Origin: Roseibacillus sp.
Lineage (GTDB): Bacteria > Verrucomicrobiota > Verrucomicrobiia > Verrucomicrobiales > Akkermansiaceae
DNA: 64,000 bases
Assembly (NCBI GenBank): GCA_965242925.1
Contig: CBDEUM010000014.1
Coordinates: 224,001 to 288,000 of the forward strand
Direction: 5' to 3'
Program-made: the position numbers and the translations under genes
The notes under the pieces: generated by a model
Seen by the model: only the letters and a program-made list of their open reading frames with translations
Told to the model about the DNA's origin: nothing
Database searches by the model: none
Shown here: piece after piece, positions 47,693 to 56,995 of the stretch
Position numbering within the stretch: position 1 is the first letter of the stretch
How the letters are laid out: each line of letters opens with the position of its first letter

Positions 47693-48973
47693 TCACATCT
47701 CCTCTACGGCCCTGCCCAGCGCTTCACATGCCCCGGTAATCTCTTCCGTCGTACTGCACAAAGGCGGCATCATCACGATGGTGTCCCTGATGGGGCGGGT
47801 CAGCAATCCGTGGGCGCGAGCTGCGAGACAGACCTGCTCTCCCATGCGTTCCGTGGCAGGAAAGCGTTCTCCACTTTCCTGCCGCAACTCGAGCCCGGCA
47901 ATGAAACCGCATTGGCGCACTTCGTGAACGGAAGGATGAACAATTGCTTCAAGCCCCTGCGTGAGGGCTTCCACCCGGGGCGGAAGCCCCTCCAGCACAC
48001 TCTCTTCCTCAAACACCTCGAGGTTGGCGAGGGCCACGGCACAGCCAAGCTGGTTGGCGGTATAGCTGTGGCCGTAGTGGAAGGTGCGATCCCTCTCCCC
48101 GAGGAAGGCATCGAAGACCGGCCCGGTCGTCATGGTAGCGGCCAAGGGCAGGTAGCCTCCGGTCAACCCCTTGGCCAGACAGAGAAAATCCGGGATAACC
48201 TCTTCCTGCTGGCAGGCAAACATCGTCCCGGTCCGGCCGAACCCGGTCATCACCTCATCGAGGATCAGGTGCACCCCCTGCTCGTCACACCAGGCCCGGA
48301 TCTCCGCCAATTGCCCGGCAGGCCAAGGCCGCATTTCATTGACCCCCTGGACCAGGGGCTCCAGCACCACCGCAGCCGTGCCCGCAATTTCCGCGGCGGA
48401 CAGCGCGCGCAAATCCGCAAGCGAACCCACCCTCGTTGCAGGAAAGCCGAAGCTGCGAAAACGATCGAAAAAGAGTGCGACTCCTCCCAGCGACGCCGCC
48501 CCCATGGTGTCCCCATGGTAGGCATTCTCGAAGGAGATGAACCTGGTCCGTTCGGGCTCGCCGCATTGCTGGCGGTACTGGATCGCCATCTTGATGGCAA
48601 CCTCCACTGCGGTGGACCCGTCATCCGAGAAGAAGACCCGCTCCAGCGTGCCAGGGGGAAAGAAATCAACCAGCCGTTTTGCCAGTTCCGCAGCCCGTGG
48701 ATTGTTAAACCCCAGAAAGGAGGTATGGGCGACCTTCCCCAGCTGCGTCCTCAGGGCGGCATCGAGCCGGGGATGGCAGTGACCGTGGATGTTGGTCCAG
48801 ATGCTTGAGTTGCCATCGAAGTAACGCCGTCCTTCGGCATCGATCACCCACGGGCCCTCTCCTCCCACCAGGATCACCTCCTCACCCACCATCCCCCAAT
48901 CGGCGTGCTGGGTGAAGGGATGCCAGCAATGCTGCCGGTCCCACTCCCGCCAACTGTCTGCGTCATTGCTCAC
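47693..48973 (-). CDS. bioA: Adenosylmethionine-8-amino-7-oxononanoate aminotransferase
   Basis: WHPFTQH, DGSTAVEVAIKMA, YHGDT, DEVMTGFGRTG, AKGLTGGYLP, YGHSYTAN. Confidence 0.95.
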   Translation of the reverse strand: MSNDADSWREWDRQHCWHPFTQHADWGMVGEEVILVGGEGPWVIDAEGRRYFDGNSSIWTNIHGHCHPRLDAALRTQLGKVAHTSFLGFNNPRAAELAKRLVDFFPPGTLERVFFSDDGSTAVEVAIKMAIQYRQQCGEPERTRFISFENAYHGDTMGAASLGGVALFFDRFRSFGFPATRVGSLADLRALSAAEIAGTAAVVLEPLVQGVNEMRPWPAGQLAEIRAWCDEQGVHLILDEVMTGFGRTGTMFACQQEEVIPDFLCLAKGLTGGYLPLAATMTTGPVFDAFLGERDRTFHYGHSYTANQLGCAVALANLEVFEEESVLEGLPPRVEALTQGLEAIVHPSVHEVRQCGFIAGLELRQESGERFPATERMGEQVCLAARAHGLLTRPIRDTIVMMPPLCSTTEEITGACEALGRAVEEM

Positions 48974-49266
48974 TGTCTCCCCTTGTCGCCTCCTCTCTCT
49001 CCGGGAGCATCCGGATCCCCTTCCGCCAGATCCTTCAGCCGCTTGTCAATCCGTTCGAGCAACTTCCATGGACAACGCCCCCGCTGATACTTGCGCCAGA
49101 GCACCTCGCGCAGCTTGCTCCACTCTTCCCCACTGATGGGATCATGCAGCTGCCACTCCTCCTCATCCTTGAGCTGGGACTGCAGGGTCCAGTTCGAGGA
49201 TTGGTAGGAGGCCCGGTAAAACCGGACTCCTTCCTCGGTGTGTTCCCGCCAGGAGTGCCGCTGCAT
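48970..49266 (-). CDS. Small hypothetical protein, translationally coupled to bioA
   Basis: MQRHSWREHTEEGVRFYRASY...LWRKYQRGRCPW; stop overlaps the bioA start (GTGA). Confidence 0.65.
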   Translation of the reverse strand: MQRHSWREHTEEGVRFYRASYQSSNWTLQSQLKDEEEWQLHDPISGEEWSKLREVLWRKYQRGRCPWKLLERIDKRLKDLAEGDPDAPGERGGDKGRQ

Positions 49267-49353
49267 GCCCCTCTCCCTTACGGATCTGCGCCCAAATCCC
49301 AAGAACAAACACGATTTGACTTTTTGCCCCTGCCACCTACAGATCGCAACGGA

Positions 49354-50436
49354 ATGAGAGTGCTCAGGAGCGACGCCGCCAAGCTCGTAATCTATCTCAT
49401 CTCCTGCTTCCTCCTGGCCGCCCTTGCCACCCCCTGGCTCTATAATGCCGGCACCATGCTCGGCGAGGCCACCGAAGAGAGGAGTATCAACTGGGTGATC
49501 GACTACATCGGCGAACACGCCCGGAGGGCGGAATTGCCAAAGTACTTCAAGCGCTGCCTGCTGGCAGCAGCCCTCCTGCTGTCGTTCCCCCTCCTCTTCG
49601 CTCTCAGGCTGCGCCGGGAGCCCGCTCCTCTGCGCGAATCTCCCTGGTCGGTCTATCTCCCCTCCCGCATGGTGGCCCCATCAGGCGGGCAACCGCTCCG
49701 CAATAGCAAGTGGGGCCCGCTTCAGCTCCTGACCGGATTCATCCTCGCTGCCGGACTTCTCTTCGGCATGGGATGGCTCCTCATCTCGATGGAATGGTTC
49801 ACCCTCAGAGATCCCGTCCCCTGGGACATGGCGTGGAAAAAATCAGTTGGACCCGCCATCACAGCTTCGCTCCTGGAAGAGATCATCTTCCGGGGCGTCT
49901 TCCTCGGCATTTGCCTGCGTGCATTCCGCCCTGCCACCGCAATCATAGTTGTGTCCCTGATATTCTCGGCCCTCCACTTTCTACAACCCCCGAACGATGT
50001 GGCCGTCTTCGTGCAGGACGCGGTCGTTCCCGCGGGAGCCATCTACATCGATCCCAACAGCCATCTCTCCGGGTTCCAGTTACTCCAGGCCATCGGGATG
50101 CGCTTTCAGAATTTCGAGCTCGTTCTCTTCGAGTTTATCTCGCTGACTGCAATCGGCCTGATTCTGGCCTACTCGCGCTATGCCACCGCCTCCCTCTGGC
50201 TTCCCATCGGCCTCCACATGGGCTGGATCTTCGCCTACATCTTCTTCAAGCGCATCGCACTCCGTGCTCCCGAGCTGGATGAAAACCTGCGCTACCTCAT
50301 CGGCACCAATCTCAAGGAAGGCCTGATCCCCCTTGCTACCCTGTCGCTCACCGCTCTTCTCGTCATGCTCTTTGTCCGAATCTTCCCCAGTCGGACTGCT
50401 CGGCCCGAGGAAGGAACGGTTTCTCCCGGGGACTGA
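49354..50436 (+). CDS. CPBP (CAAX/Abi) family intramembrane glutamic endopeptidase
   Basis: LEEIIFRG, FSALHF, LWLPIGLHMGW; multiple TM segments. Confidence 0.9.
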   Translation: MRVLRSDAAKLVIYLISCFLLAALATPWLYNAGTMLGEATEERSINWVIDYIGEHARRAELPKYFKRCLLAAALLLSFPLLFALRLRREPAPLRESPWSVYLPSRMVAPSGGQPLRNSKWGPLQLLTGFILAAGLLFGMGWLLISMEWFTLRDPVPWDMAWKKSVGPAITASLLEEIIFRGVFLGICLRAFRPATAIIVVSLIFSALHFLQPPNDVAVFVQDAVVPAGAIYIDPNSHLSGFQLLQAIGMRFQNFELVLFEFISLTAIGLILAYSRYATASLWLPIGLHMGWIFAYIFFKRIALRAPELDENLRYLIGTNLKEGLIPLATLSLTALLVMLFVRIFPSRTARPEEGTVSPGD

Positions 50437-50554
50437 AGCTCCCGCCCACGGGACCACTTCGACAACGGGGCCCGTGACTCAATATTCCCCGGGAACTGTG
50501 TGGCTCCTGTATTGGTCTGGAAATTGGCCCATGGTTCTGAATAGTTCTTCAAAG

Positions 50555-51283
50555 ATGCCCCTCGCCCGCTGGCTCGATTTTCTCTACCCGCCATCTTGCG
50601 CCCTTTGCCGGGATCCCCTCCGGGACGGACGCTACCTCTGCCGCCCTTGCCGGGATGGTCTTCCGCGAATCCTGAAGCCCTATTGCATCCAATGTGGCGG
50701 ACAGATCGAGGGATTCGTGCCTGAGGACGCACTCTGCAGTCAATGCCGCGGATTGGAATTCGCCTTCGAATTTGCCCGGGCGGCCGCCAGCGCACATGGC
50801 CAAACGCGCGAACTCATGCACACCTACAAGTATGGAAGACAGATCCATCTGCATCGTGAGCTCGCGCTTCTGGCCGAAGAAGTCTGGGACGATCCACGGG
50901 TGGCCACGCAATGTGATCCGCCCTGGGTCCTGGTCCCCGTCCCCCTGCACTGGCGACGGCAGCGATGGCGCTGGTTCAATCAATCCTACGAGATCGCTAG
51001 AACCCTTGCCCAACGACGCCAACTGCGCTGTGAGCAGGCTCTGCGCCGCGTTCGCCACACCAATCAGCAGACCCTCCTCAATCGAACCGAACGCCTTGCC
51101 AACCTGCGCGGAGCCTTCCGTCTGAGCCGCCGCCAACGGCGGGTCCAGAGCCTCCGAAACAAGCCTGTTCTGCTTGTTGACGATGTTTTCACAACCGGCT
51201 CAACCGCAGAGGAATGCGCCCGTGTCCTGATCGAGGAAGGAGGTGCCGAAAAGGTGGTTGTCCTCACCGTCCTGCGGGGATAA
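50555..51283 (+). CDS. comF: ComF family phosphoribosyltransferase-like protein
   Basis: N-terminal double zinc ribbon (four CxxC), VPVPLH, FNQS, LLVDDVFTTGST. Confidence 0.9.
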   Translation: MPLARWLDFLYPPSCALCRDPLRDGRYLCRPCRDGLPRILKPYCIQCGGQIEGFVPEDALCSQCRGLEFAFEFARAAASAHGQTRELMHTYKYGRQIHLHRELALLAEEVWDDPRVATQCDPPWVLVPVPLHWRRQRWRWFNQSYEIARTLAQRRQLRCEQALRRVRHTNQQTLLNRTERLANLRGAFRLSRRQRRVQSLRNKPVLLVDDVFTTGSTAEECARVLIEEGGAEKVVVLTVLRG

Positions 51284-51389
51284 CATTCATGTGTTCCCCC
51301 ACTCGTTAATTTCCTTTCCGCGCCAGTAATTCCAAGCGAAGAACAGCAACCGTCTCGCCTATTTCTTTCAAGACTCCGCGCTTCCCGCC

Positions 51390-52223
51390 ATGGGCATCTT
51401 TGACAAGCCGAAGCTCCGTCGTGGCAAAAAGAAGAAGGATGTCGTCCCCGACGATCTCTGGACCAAGTGCCCGGACTGCGGTGAGTTGATCCACACTCTG
51501 GACCTCAAGCAGAACTACCAGGTCTGCACCCATTGCAGCCACCACTTTCTCATGGATGCGCACGATCGCATCACCCTCCTGGCCGATCCCGACAGCTTCA
51601 GGGAGACTGACGAATCCCTGCAGTCCGCCAACCCGCTCGACTTCGCAAATTACGACGACAAGATCGCGCTCCTCAAGGAAAAGACCAAGATGAATGAGGC
51701 GGTGGTCACGGGCCGTGCAAGCATTGGCCGCCATCCCGTCATGCTGGCGGTCATGGGATTCAAGTTCTTTGCCGGATCGATGGGCTCGGTGGTCGGCGAG
51801 AAGATCACCCGCGCCATAGAACTCGCGACCAAGGAGGAACGTGCGCTCATTATCATCTCCTCCTCCTCCGGTGCCCGCATGCAGGAAGGGATGCTTTCAC
51901 TCATGCAGATGGCCAAGACCTGCGGAGCCATTGCCCGGCACAACAATGCCGGGCTGCCCTACCTCTCCGTCTTTACCCACCCAACTACCGGAGGTGTGAC
52001 CGCCTCCTTTGCCTCCATCGGCGACATCAACCTGGCCGAACCCAGGTGCATGATCGGCTTTGCCGGACCACGCGTGGTCAAGGAAACCACCCACCAGGAT
52101 CTCCCCCCTGGCTTCCAGACTGCCGAGTTCATGCTTGAGCACGGCCTCATCGACTCCATCGTAGAGCGCCGTTTTCTGCGCGAGCGACTGGTCCAATTGC
52201 TGGGCTACATGATGCCCGTCTAG
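51390..52223 (+). CDS. accD: Acetyl-CoA carboxylase carboxyltransferase beta subunit
   Basis: LWTKCPDC zinc finger, GSMGSVVGEKI, GARMQEG, PTTGGVTASFA, FQTAEF. Confidence 0.97.
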   Translation: MGIFDKPKLRRGKKKKDVVPDDLWTKCPDCGELIHTLDLKQNYQVCTHCSHHFLMDAHDRITLLADPDSFRETDESLQSANPLDFANYDDKIALLKEKTKMNEAVVTGRASIGRHPVMLAVMGFKFFAGSMGSVVGEKITRAIELATKEERALIIISSSSGARMQEGMLSLMQMAKTCGAIARHNNAGLPYLSVFTHPTTGGVTASFASIGDINLAEPRCMIGFAGPRVVKETTHQDLPPGFQTAEFMLEHGLIDSIVERRFLRERLVQLLGYMMPV

Positions 52224-52238
52224 AGTAAACCCTGACTG

Positions 52239-53465
52239 GTGAACTACTCAGAGGCTCTCGACTGGCTCTACTCTTCCCAGCTTTTCGGAATCAAGCTGGG
52301 CCTGGAGAATCCCAAGCGGCTCCTGCGTGAATACCTCGCGTATCCCCCGCGCAGGACCAGGGTCATTCACGTTGCGGGCACCAACGGCAAGGGATCGACC
52401 TGTGCGTTCATCGAGTCCGTGGCCCGTGCAACCGGAACCCGCACTGGGCTTTTCACTTCTCCTCATCTTGTCCGATACGGTGAACGCATCCGCGTCTCCG
52501 GCATCGAAATCAACGAGGAAGAAATCGCCTCCCATCTCACCGCCCTGCGGGAGTTGGTAGCGGAATGGGAGCAACACCCCACCTTCTTCGAACTGAGCCT
52601 CGCCCTTGCCATGAAATATTTTACCGAGCGTGCCTGCGAGCTGGTCATCCTGGAAACCGGGATGGGTGGACGCCTCGACGCCACCACCGCCGTCCCGGCC
52701 GATGTGGCGGTTCTCACTCCCATCGCGCTCGATCATCAGCAATGGCTGGGAGAAACCCTGGGCGAAATCGCGGCAGAAAAGGCTTCCATCATCGTTCCCG
52801 GGAAGAAGGTCTTCTCTTCCCCGCAACTCCCCGAGGCACGCCCCATCATCGAGCAGGTTGCCAACGAACGCCGCGCACCCCTTGAGTTTGTCGAGGAACC
52901 CCTCCACGGCTACGCCCTGGGCCTGCCCGGAGAACACCAGCACGAAAACGCGGCCCTGGCCCTGGCGGCTCTCCACTCCGTCGGCATCACCCTCAGCTAC
53001 GAAACGGTCAAGGCCGGACTGGGTTCCACCAGCTGGCCTGGCCGCTTCGAACGCCTCGATTCCGGGACCGGGGCCATCGCCTCCGGCCTCGTTCTGGATA
53101 TCGCTCACAACCCCGCGGCGGCCGCCGCCCTGGCCGCCAACTGGATACGCGAGTTTGGTGACCGCAAGGCCAACCTCATCTTCGGGGCGGTCGAATCCAA
53201 GGATATTACCGGCATCCTGCAAGCTCTTCTTCCCATTGTGGACCGGGTGCACTTCGTTCCTGTGAATTCGCCCCGGGCACTACCACCTGCCAAACTGGCC
53301 TCCCTGCTGCCCGCCAGTTCCCCGCCAGTCGAAATCCACCAGAATCTGCAATCCGCCCTCGATGTTTCCGCTGCTTTTCCCTCCCTGGTCACCGGGTCTG
53401 CCTTCCTCGTCGGGGAGGTGAAGGCCCTCCTGGATGATTCTTCTCACCGTCCGAGCACACAGTAG
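52239..53465 (+). CDS. folC: Dihydrofolate/folylpolyglutamate synthase
   Basis: HVAGTNGKGS, FTSPHL, ETGMGGRLDAT, WPGRFE, LDIAHNP. Confidence 0.96.
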   Translation: MNYSEALDWLYSSQLFGIKLGLENPKRLLREYLAYPPRRTRVIHVAGTNGKGSTCAFIESVARATGTRTGLFTSPHLVRYGERIRVSGIEINEEEIASHLTALRELVAEWEQHPTFFELSLALAMKYFTERACELVILETGMGGRLDATTAVPADVAVLTPIALDHQQWLGETLGEIAAEKASIIVPGKKVFSSPQLPEARPIIEQVANERRAPLEFVEEPLHGYALGLPGEHQHENAALALAALHSVGITLSYETVKAGLGSTSWPGRFERLDSGTGAIASGLVLDIAHNPAAAAALAANWIREFGDRKANLIFGAVESKDITGILQALLPIVDRVHFVPVNSPRALPPAKLASLLPASSPPVEIHQNLQSALDVSAAFPSLVTGSAFLVGEVKALLDDSSHRPSTQ

Positions 53466-53529
53466 CGATCGCGACATTCCGATTCACAGTGATCTCCCTG
53501 CAGTATACAGAAAGCTTCTCCCTCCATCC

Positions 53530-54528
53530 ATGCGCGACCCGATCCCGCTCGAGACTGAGAACGGCCTCTACCTGACCGATCTCGAATTGTTCCTCGACTC
53601 ACGTCGTTCACGGGAGAACGGCTTCGTATCCCACGCCCACGCCGATCACTTCGGACGCCACGAGAACATTCTCTGTTCCGAACCCACTGCCCACCTCCTC
53701 AAGGCCCGCTACAACGTCGCCGACGAGCGTCTCAATCCCCATCCCTTCCATGAACCCCTGGAAGTGGGCCCGTTCCGCCTCCAACTCCTCCCCGCGGGCC
53801 ACATTTACGGGTCCGCCATGCTCCACGTGACCCGTAAGTCCGATGGAGAGTCGCTCCTCTATACGGGGGATTTCAAGGTTCACCGCAGCCTCACTGCCGA
53901 AGAACCCGTTTTCCGGCGGGCCGACACCCTCGTAATGGAAACCACCTTCGGAGCTCCCAAGTGGATCTTTCCCGGTGAGAACGAAATCACCGGAATGATT
54001 CTCAACTTCGTCAACCAAAGCCTGGAAGAAGGTGTTGTCCCCGCTCTCCTCGCCTACTCCCTGGGCAAGGCCCAGGAGGTCCAGGCCATTCTCACCCGGT
54101 CCGGGATCCCGGCTGTCTCCCATCCAGCAGTCGCAAAAATGACCACGGCCTGCCGGGAAGCTGGTTGCCGGCTTCCTGAGCCGCTCACCTTTGAGGGCCC
54201 TGTTCCGGTCGGACACGCCCTCATCTGTCCCCCCAATGTGATGCGCTCGGAAGAATACCAGTCCATCCCCAACCTCAGGACTGCAATCCTCTCCGGCTGG
54301 GCTCTGGATACCAACGCCACCTACCGCTTCGGCGTCGATGCCGCCTTTCCGCTATCCGACCACGCCGACTTCCCGGGGCTTCTCGATGCCGTTCGGCGAG
54401 TCAGCCCCAAGCGCATCGTCACCATCCACGGCTACACCAGGGAATTTTCCTCCGAACTACGCCGACAAAACTACGAAGCCTGGTCCGTCGACGGTGGCGA
54501 CCAGATGGAGCTTGATCTGCAACGCTAG
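53530..54528 (+). CDS. Metallo-beta-lactamase/beta-CASP fold exonuclease (ligase-associated DNA damage exonuclease-like)
   Basis: SHAHADH, PAGHIYGS, YTGDFK, METTFG, YSLGKAQE, LSDHAD, IHGY. Confidence 0.85.
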   Translation: MRDPIPLETENGLYLTDLELFLDSRRSRENGFVSHAHADHFGRHENILCSEPTAHLLKARYNVADERLNPHPFHEPLEVGPFRLQLLPAGHIYGSAMLHVTRKSDGESLLYTGDFKVHRSLTAEEPVFRRADTLVMETTFGAPKWIFPGENEITGMILNFVNQSLEEGVVPALLAYSLGKAQEVQAILTRSGIPAVSHPAVAKMTTACREAGCRLPEPLTFEGPVPVGHALICPPNVMRSEEYQSIPNLRTAILSGWALDTNATYRFGVDAAFPLSDHADFPGLLDAVRRVSPKRIVTIHGYTREFSSELRRQNYEAWSVDGGDQMELDLQR

Positions 54529-54586
54529 CCTGCAGGTCCGCGTGGACAATGGCTGCCTGGTTGGCAGAAGGTCCGCCGCGATCGGA

Positions 54587-54748
54587 TCAACAATCCCTCT
54601 CCTCGCTCTGCGAACGGGGAATCACCCTGGGAGCAGGTGAAAGTCCGGAGGGGTTGCCCCCGAACACTCCCCGTCCCGCGAGATAACCCACGATCAGGCC
54701 CACCGCTACGCCGGCCAGCAACATCCAGATGGAATAGCGGGAAGTCAT
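54587..54748 (-). CDS. Putative 53-aa single-TM small protein
   Basis: Manual translation: MTSRYSIWMLLAGVAVGLIVGYLAGRGVFGGNPSGLSPAPRVIPRSQSEERDC. Promoter-like motif directly upstream. Confidence 0.45.
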   Translation of the reverse strand: MTSRYSIWMLLAGVAVGLIVGYLAGRGVFGGNPSGLSPAPRVIPRSQSEERDC

Positions 54749-54754
54749 CGACGG

Positions 54755-54784
54755 AGTCTAACTCTCCATCCCCGGGTGGTGCAA
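54755..54784 (-). promoter_or_regulatory. Sigma70-like promoter, leaderless arrangement
   Basis: Minus strand reads TTGCAC-N18-TAGACT-N6-ATG(54748). Confidence 0.45.
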
Positions 54785-54786
54785 CC

Positions 54787-54823
54787 GCGGGGCAGGGACG
54801 GTTTGCCCCTGCGATCCCTGCCC
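54787..54823. terminator. GC-rich hairpin downstream of cysQ (possible terminator or stabiliser)
   Basis: gggcaggga (54790-54798) pairs with tccctgccc (54815-54823). No clear U-tract. Confidence 0.3.
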
Positions 54824-54854
54824 GGGGCTCTGCCTGGTCACACCATCACCACGC

Positions 54855-55640
54855 CTACTCTACAATGAAATACGGATTGAGCAGGTTCTCCTTATTGTAG
54901 GATAATGGTTCACGGGTCTCAGCATTGAGAACCTGCCTCCCCGCTGCGGTGGCCACCACCTGGGCGGCCCCCGTATCCCACTCCATTGTGGGACCAAAGC
55001 GCGGGTAAACGTCGGCCGTTCCCTCCGCCACCAGGCAGAGCTTCAGCGAGCTGCCCGCCGAGAGGAAGGCAACCTCCCTGCCCTGCCCCCGCAGCTCTTC
55101 TACGAAGGCCTCGACCTCGGGGGTAAGATGCGATCGACTGGCCACCACCTGCACCTGGTCCTTCTCCGAATAATGCGGACCACCCTCAAGAACCCGGGGA
55201 TGGCCACCCCCCTCGATCCGCCAAGCTCCGGCATTCTCCACCCCGAGATAAAGAATATCGTTCACCGGTCGGTAGACCACCCCGAGAACCGGACGGCCCT
55301 TCTCCACCAGCGCGATATTTACCGTGAACTCGCCGTTCTTCTTGATGAATTCCTTGGTGCCGTCAAGAGGGTCCACCAGCCAGAAACGATGCCAGTCACG
55401 CCGTTGCTCGTAAGCGATCTCCCTGTTTTCCTCGGAAATGACGGGCGTCCCCGCATGGCTCGAATCCAGGAAAGCCATGATAATCCGGTTGGCCGCCTTG
55501 TCCGCCTCGGTGAGCGGGGAATCGTCCCCTTTGTACTCGACCTCGAAGTCGCGTCCATACACCTCCAGGATCTTCGCTCCCGCCACCCGGGCCGTGTCCA
55601 TCAACGGCGCAATCGCCACCCCATGAGCTTCGTCAATCAC
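54855..55640 (-). CDS. cysQ: 3'(2'),5'-bisphosphate nucleotidase CysQ
   Basis: KGDDSPLTEAD, ISEE, FWLVDPLDGTKEF, GSSLKLCLVAEG, EWDTGAA. Confidence 0.95.
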   Translation of the reverse strand: MIDEAHGVAIAPLMDTARVAGAKILEVYGRDFEVEYKGDDSPLTEADKAANRIIMAFLDSSHAGTPVISEENREIAYEQRRDWHRFWLVDPLDGTKEFIKKNGEFTVNIALVEKGRPVLGVVYRPVNDILYLGVENAGAWRIEGGGHPRVLEGGPHYSEKDQVQVVASRSHLTPEVEAFVEELRGQGREVAFLSAGSSLKLCLVAEGTADVYPRFGPTMEWDTGAAQVVATAAGRQVLNAETREPLSYNKENLLNPYFIVE

Positions 55641-55681
55641 GATCTCTGATCCTCAATTGACCAATTGCCGCGCCGAAGGCC

Positions 55682-56854
55682 CTAGTGCGCACGGCAGAAT
55701 TCCTCGAAGCGCGTGATGCCTTCATTGAGCACATCAAGAGTGGTGCAGTAACTCAGACGCACCGCAGCATCATGCCCAAAGGCGATCCCCGGTACCGCTG
55801 CAACCTTGTAGCGCGTCAGCAGTTTGTCGCAGAGATTCTGTGATTTGAGCCCGAGCGGGGTGCAGTTGACGAAGAAGTAGAAGGCTCCGCCGGGATTGTG
55901 TACGCTCACATTGGGAATCGTGCTCAGGCGGGCATGGACGAACTGCCGGCGCACGTCGTACTCGTTGCGCATGTCCTCCACGAAATCCTGCGGTCCGCTC
56001 AGGGCGGCCAGCGCGCCGTATTGGGCAAAGGTGGTGGCATTGGATGTCGTGTGACTTTGAATCTTGGAGATGGCCGTGGCCAGCTCAGGCGGAGCAGCGG
56101 TGTAGCCCAATCGCCAACCGGTCATGGAATAGGCCTTGGCAAAGCCGTGGCAGATCACGGTGAGTCCCTTCAGTTCCTCGCTGATGGAAGCGATGCTCAC
56201 ATGCTTCTGCCCATCGTAGATGAGCTTCTCGTAAATTTCATCGGAGAGGATGACAATATCCTCGTAGGAGGCCACTTCCCCGATGGCCCGGAGTTCCTCC
56301 TCGGTATAAACCGCCCCGGTGGGATTGCCCGGGGAATTGATGATGACCATCTTGGTTCTAGGCGTCATGGCCTCCTCGAACTGCTCGGCGGTCATCTTCC
56401 ATCCGTTCTCCTCGGTGGTCTCCACGATGACCGGCTCCGCCCCGCAGAGACGTACCATCTCAGGATAGCTCACCCAGTAGGGGCCGGGGATGATCACCTC
56501 GTCCCCCTCATCGCACATCGCCATGATGGCATTCATGCAGGCCTGCTTGCCCCCCGAGGTGACGCAAATCTGCTTCGGCTCATATTCCAGACCGTTGTCA
56601 TCGAGGAGTTTCCCCGCAATGGCCTCGCGCAACTCGGGAATACCAGCTGCCGGGGTATACTTGGTCTTACCCTCCTGAAGAGCCTTGATCGCCGCCGCCT
56701 TAATGTGGTCGGGGGTATCCATATCCGGCTCACCGCCGGCGAGACCGTAGACTTCATCACCCTGTGCCCGCAGGGCCTTGGCCTGATTGGTGACCGCCAG
56801 GGTAAGCGAGGGAGTGACTCCTTGAACGCGTAAAGAAAGAGAATCTGGATCCAT
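55682..56854 (-). CDS. Class I/II PLP-dependent (aspartate) aminotransferase
   Basis: GEPDMDTP, PYWVSY, NSPGNPTG, SDEIYE, AKAYSMTGWRLGY, VRLSY. Confidence 0.93.
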   Translation of the reverse strand: MDPDSLSLRVQGVTPSLTLAVTNQAKALRAQGDEVYGLAGGEPDMDTPDHIKAAAIKALQEGKTKYTPAAGIPELREAIAGKLLDDNGLEYEPKQICVTSGGKQACMNAIMAMCDEGDEVIIPGPYWVSYPEMVRLCGAEPVIVETTEENGWKMTAEQFEEAMTPRTKMVIINSPGNPTGAVYTEEELRAIGEVASYEDIVILSDEIYEKLIYDGQKHVSIASISEELKGLTVICHGFAKAYSMTGWRLGYTAAPPELATAISKIQSHTTSNATTFAQYGALAALSGPQDFVEDMRNEYDVRRQFVHARLSTIPNVSVHNPGGAFYFFVNCTPLGLKSQNLCDKLLTRYKVAAVPGIAFGHDAAVRLSYCTTLDVLNEGITRFEEFCRAH

Positions 56855-56995
56855 CTGAGAGAATATGTGTCTGAGATTGCCCCCCAAGAGGCGGAGTCAC
56901 GGACGCTGGGCGAACACACACTCCCCTCTGGAGCGGGGGCAGTTCATAGCGCTGCTCCTCACGGATGCAAGCGGAATTCAGAAATTCAGCCCTGC

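Noticed and set aside
54550..54592. Small ORF ending Cys-TGA as a second possible selenoprotein
   Set aside because: Downstream hairpins lack a G(U) apical loop, and the read-through sequence does not look like a redox protein.
54630..54660. GAAAGTCCGG resembling the RNase P RNA conserved motif
   Set aside because: Lacks the full GAGGAAAGUCC context and the 3' ACAGAA...GCUUA element; the region is better explained by a minus-strand small ORF.
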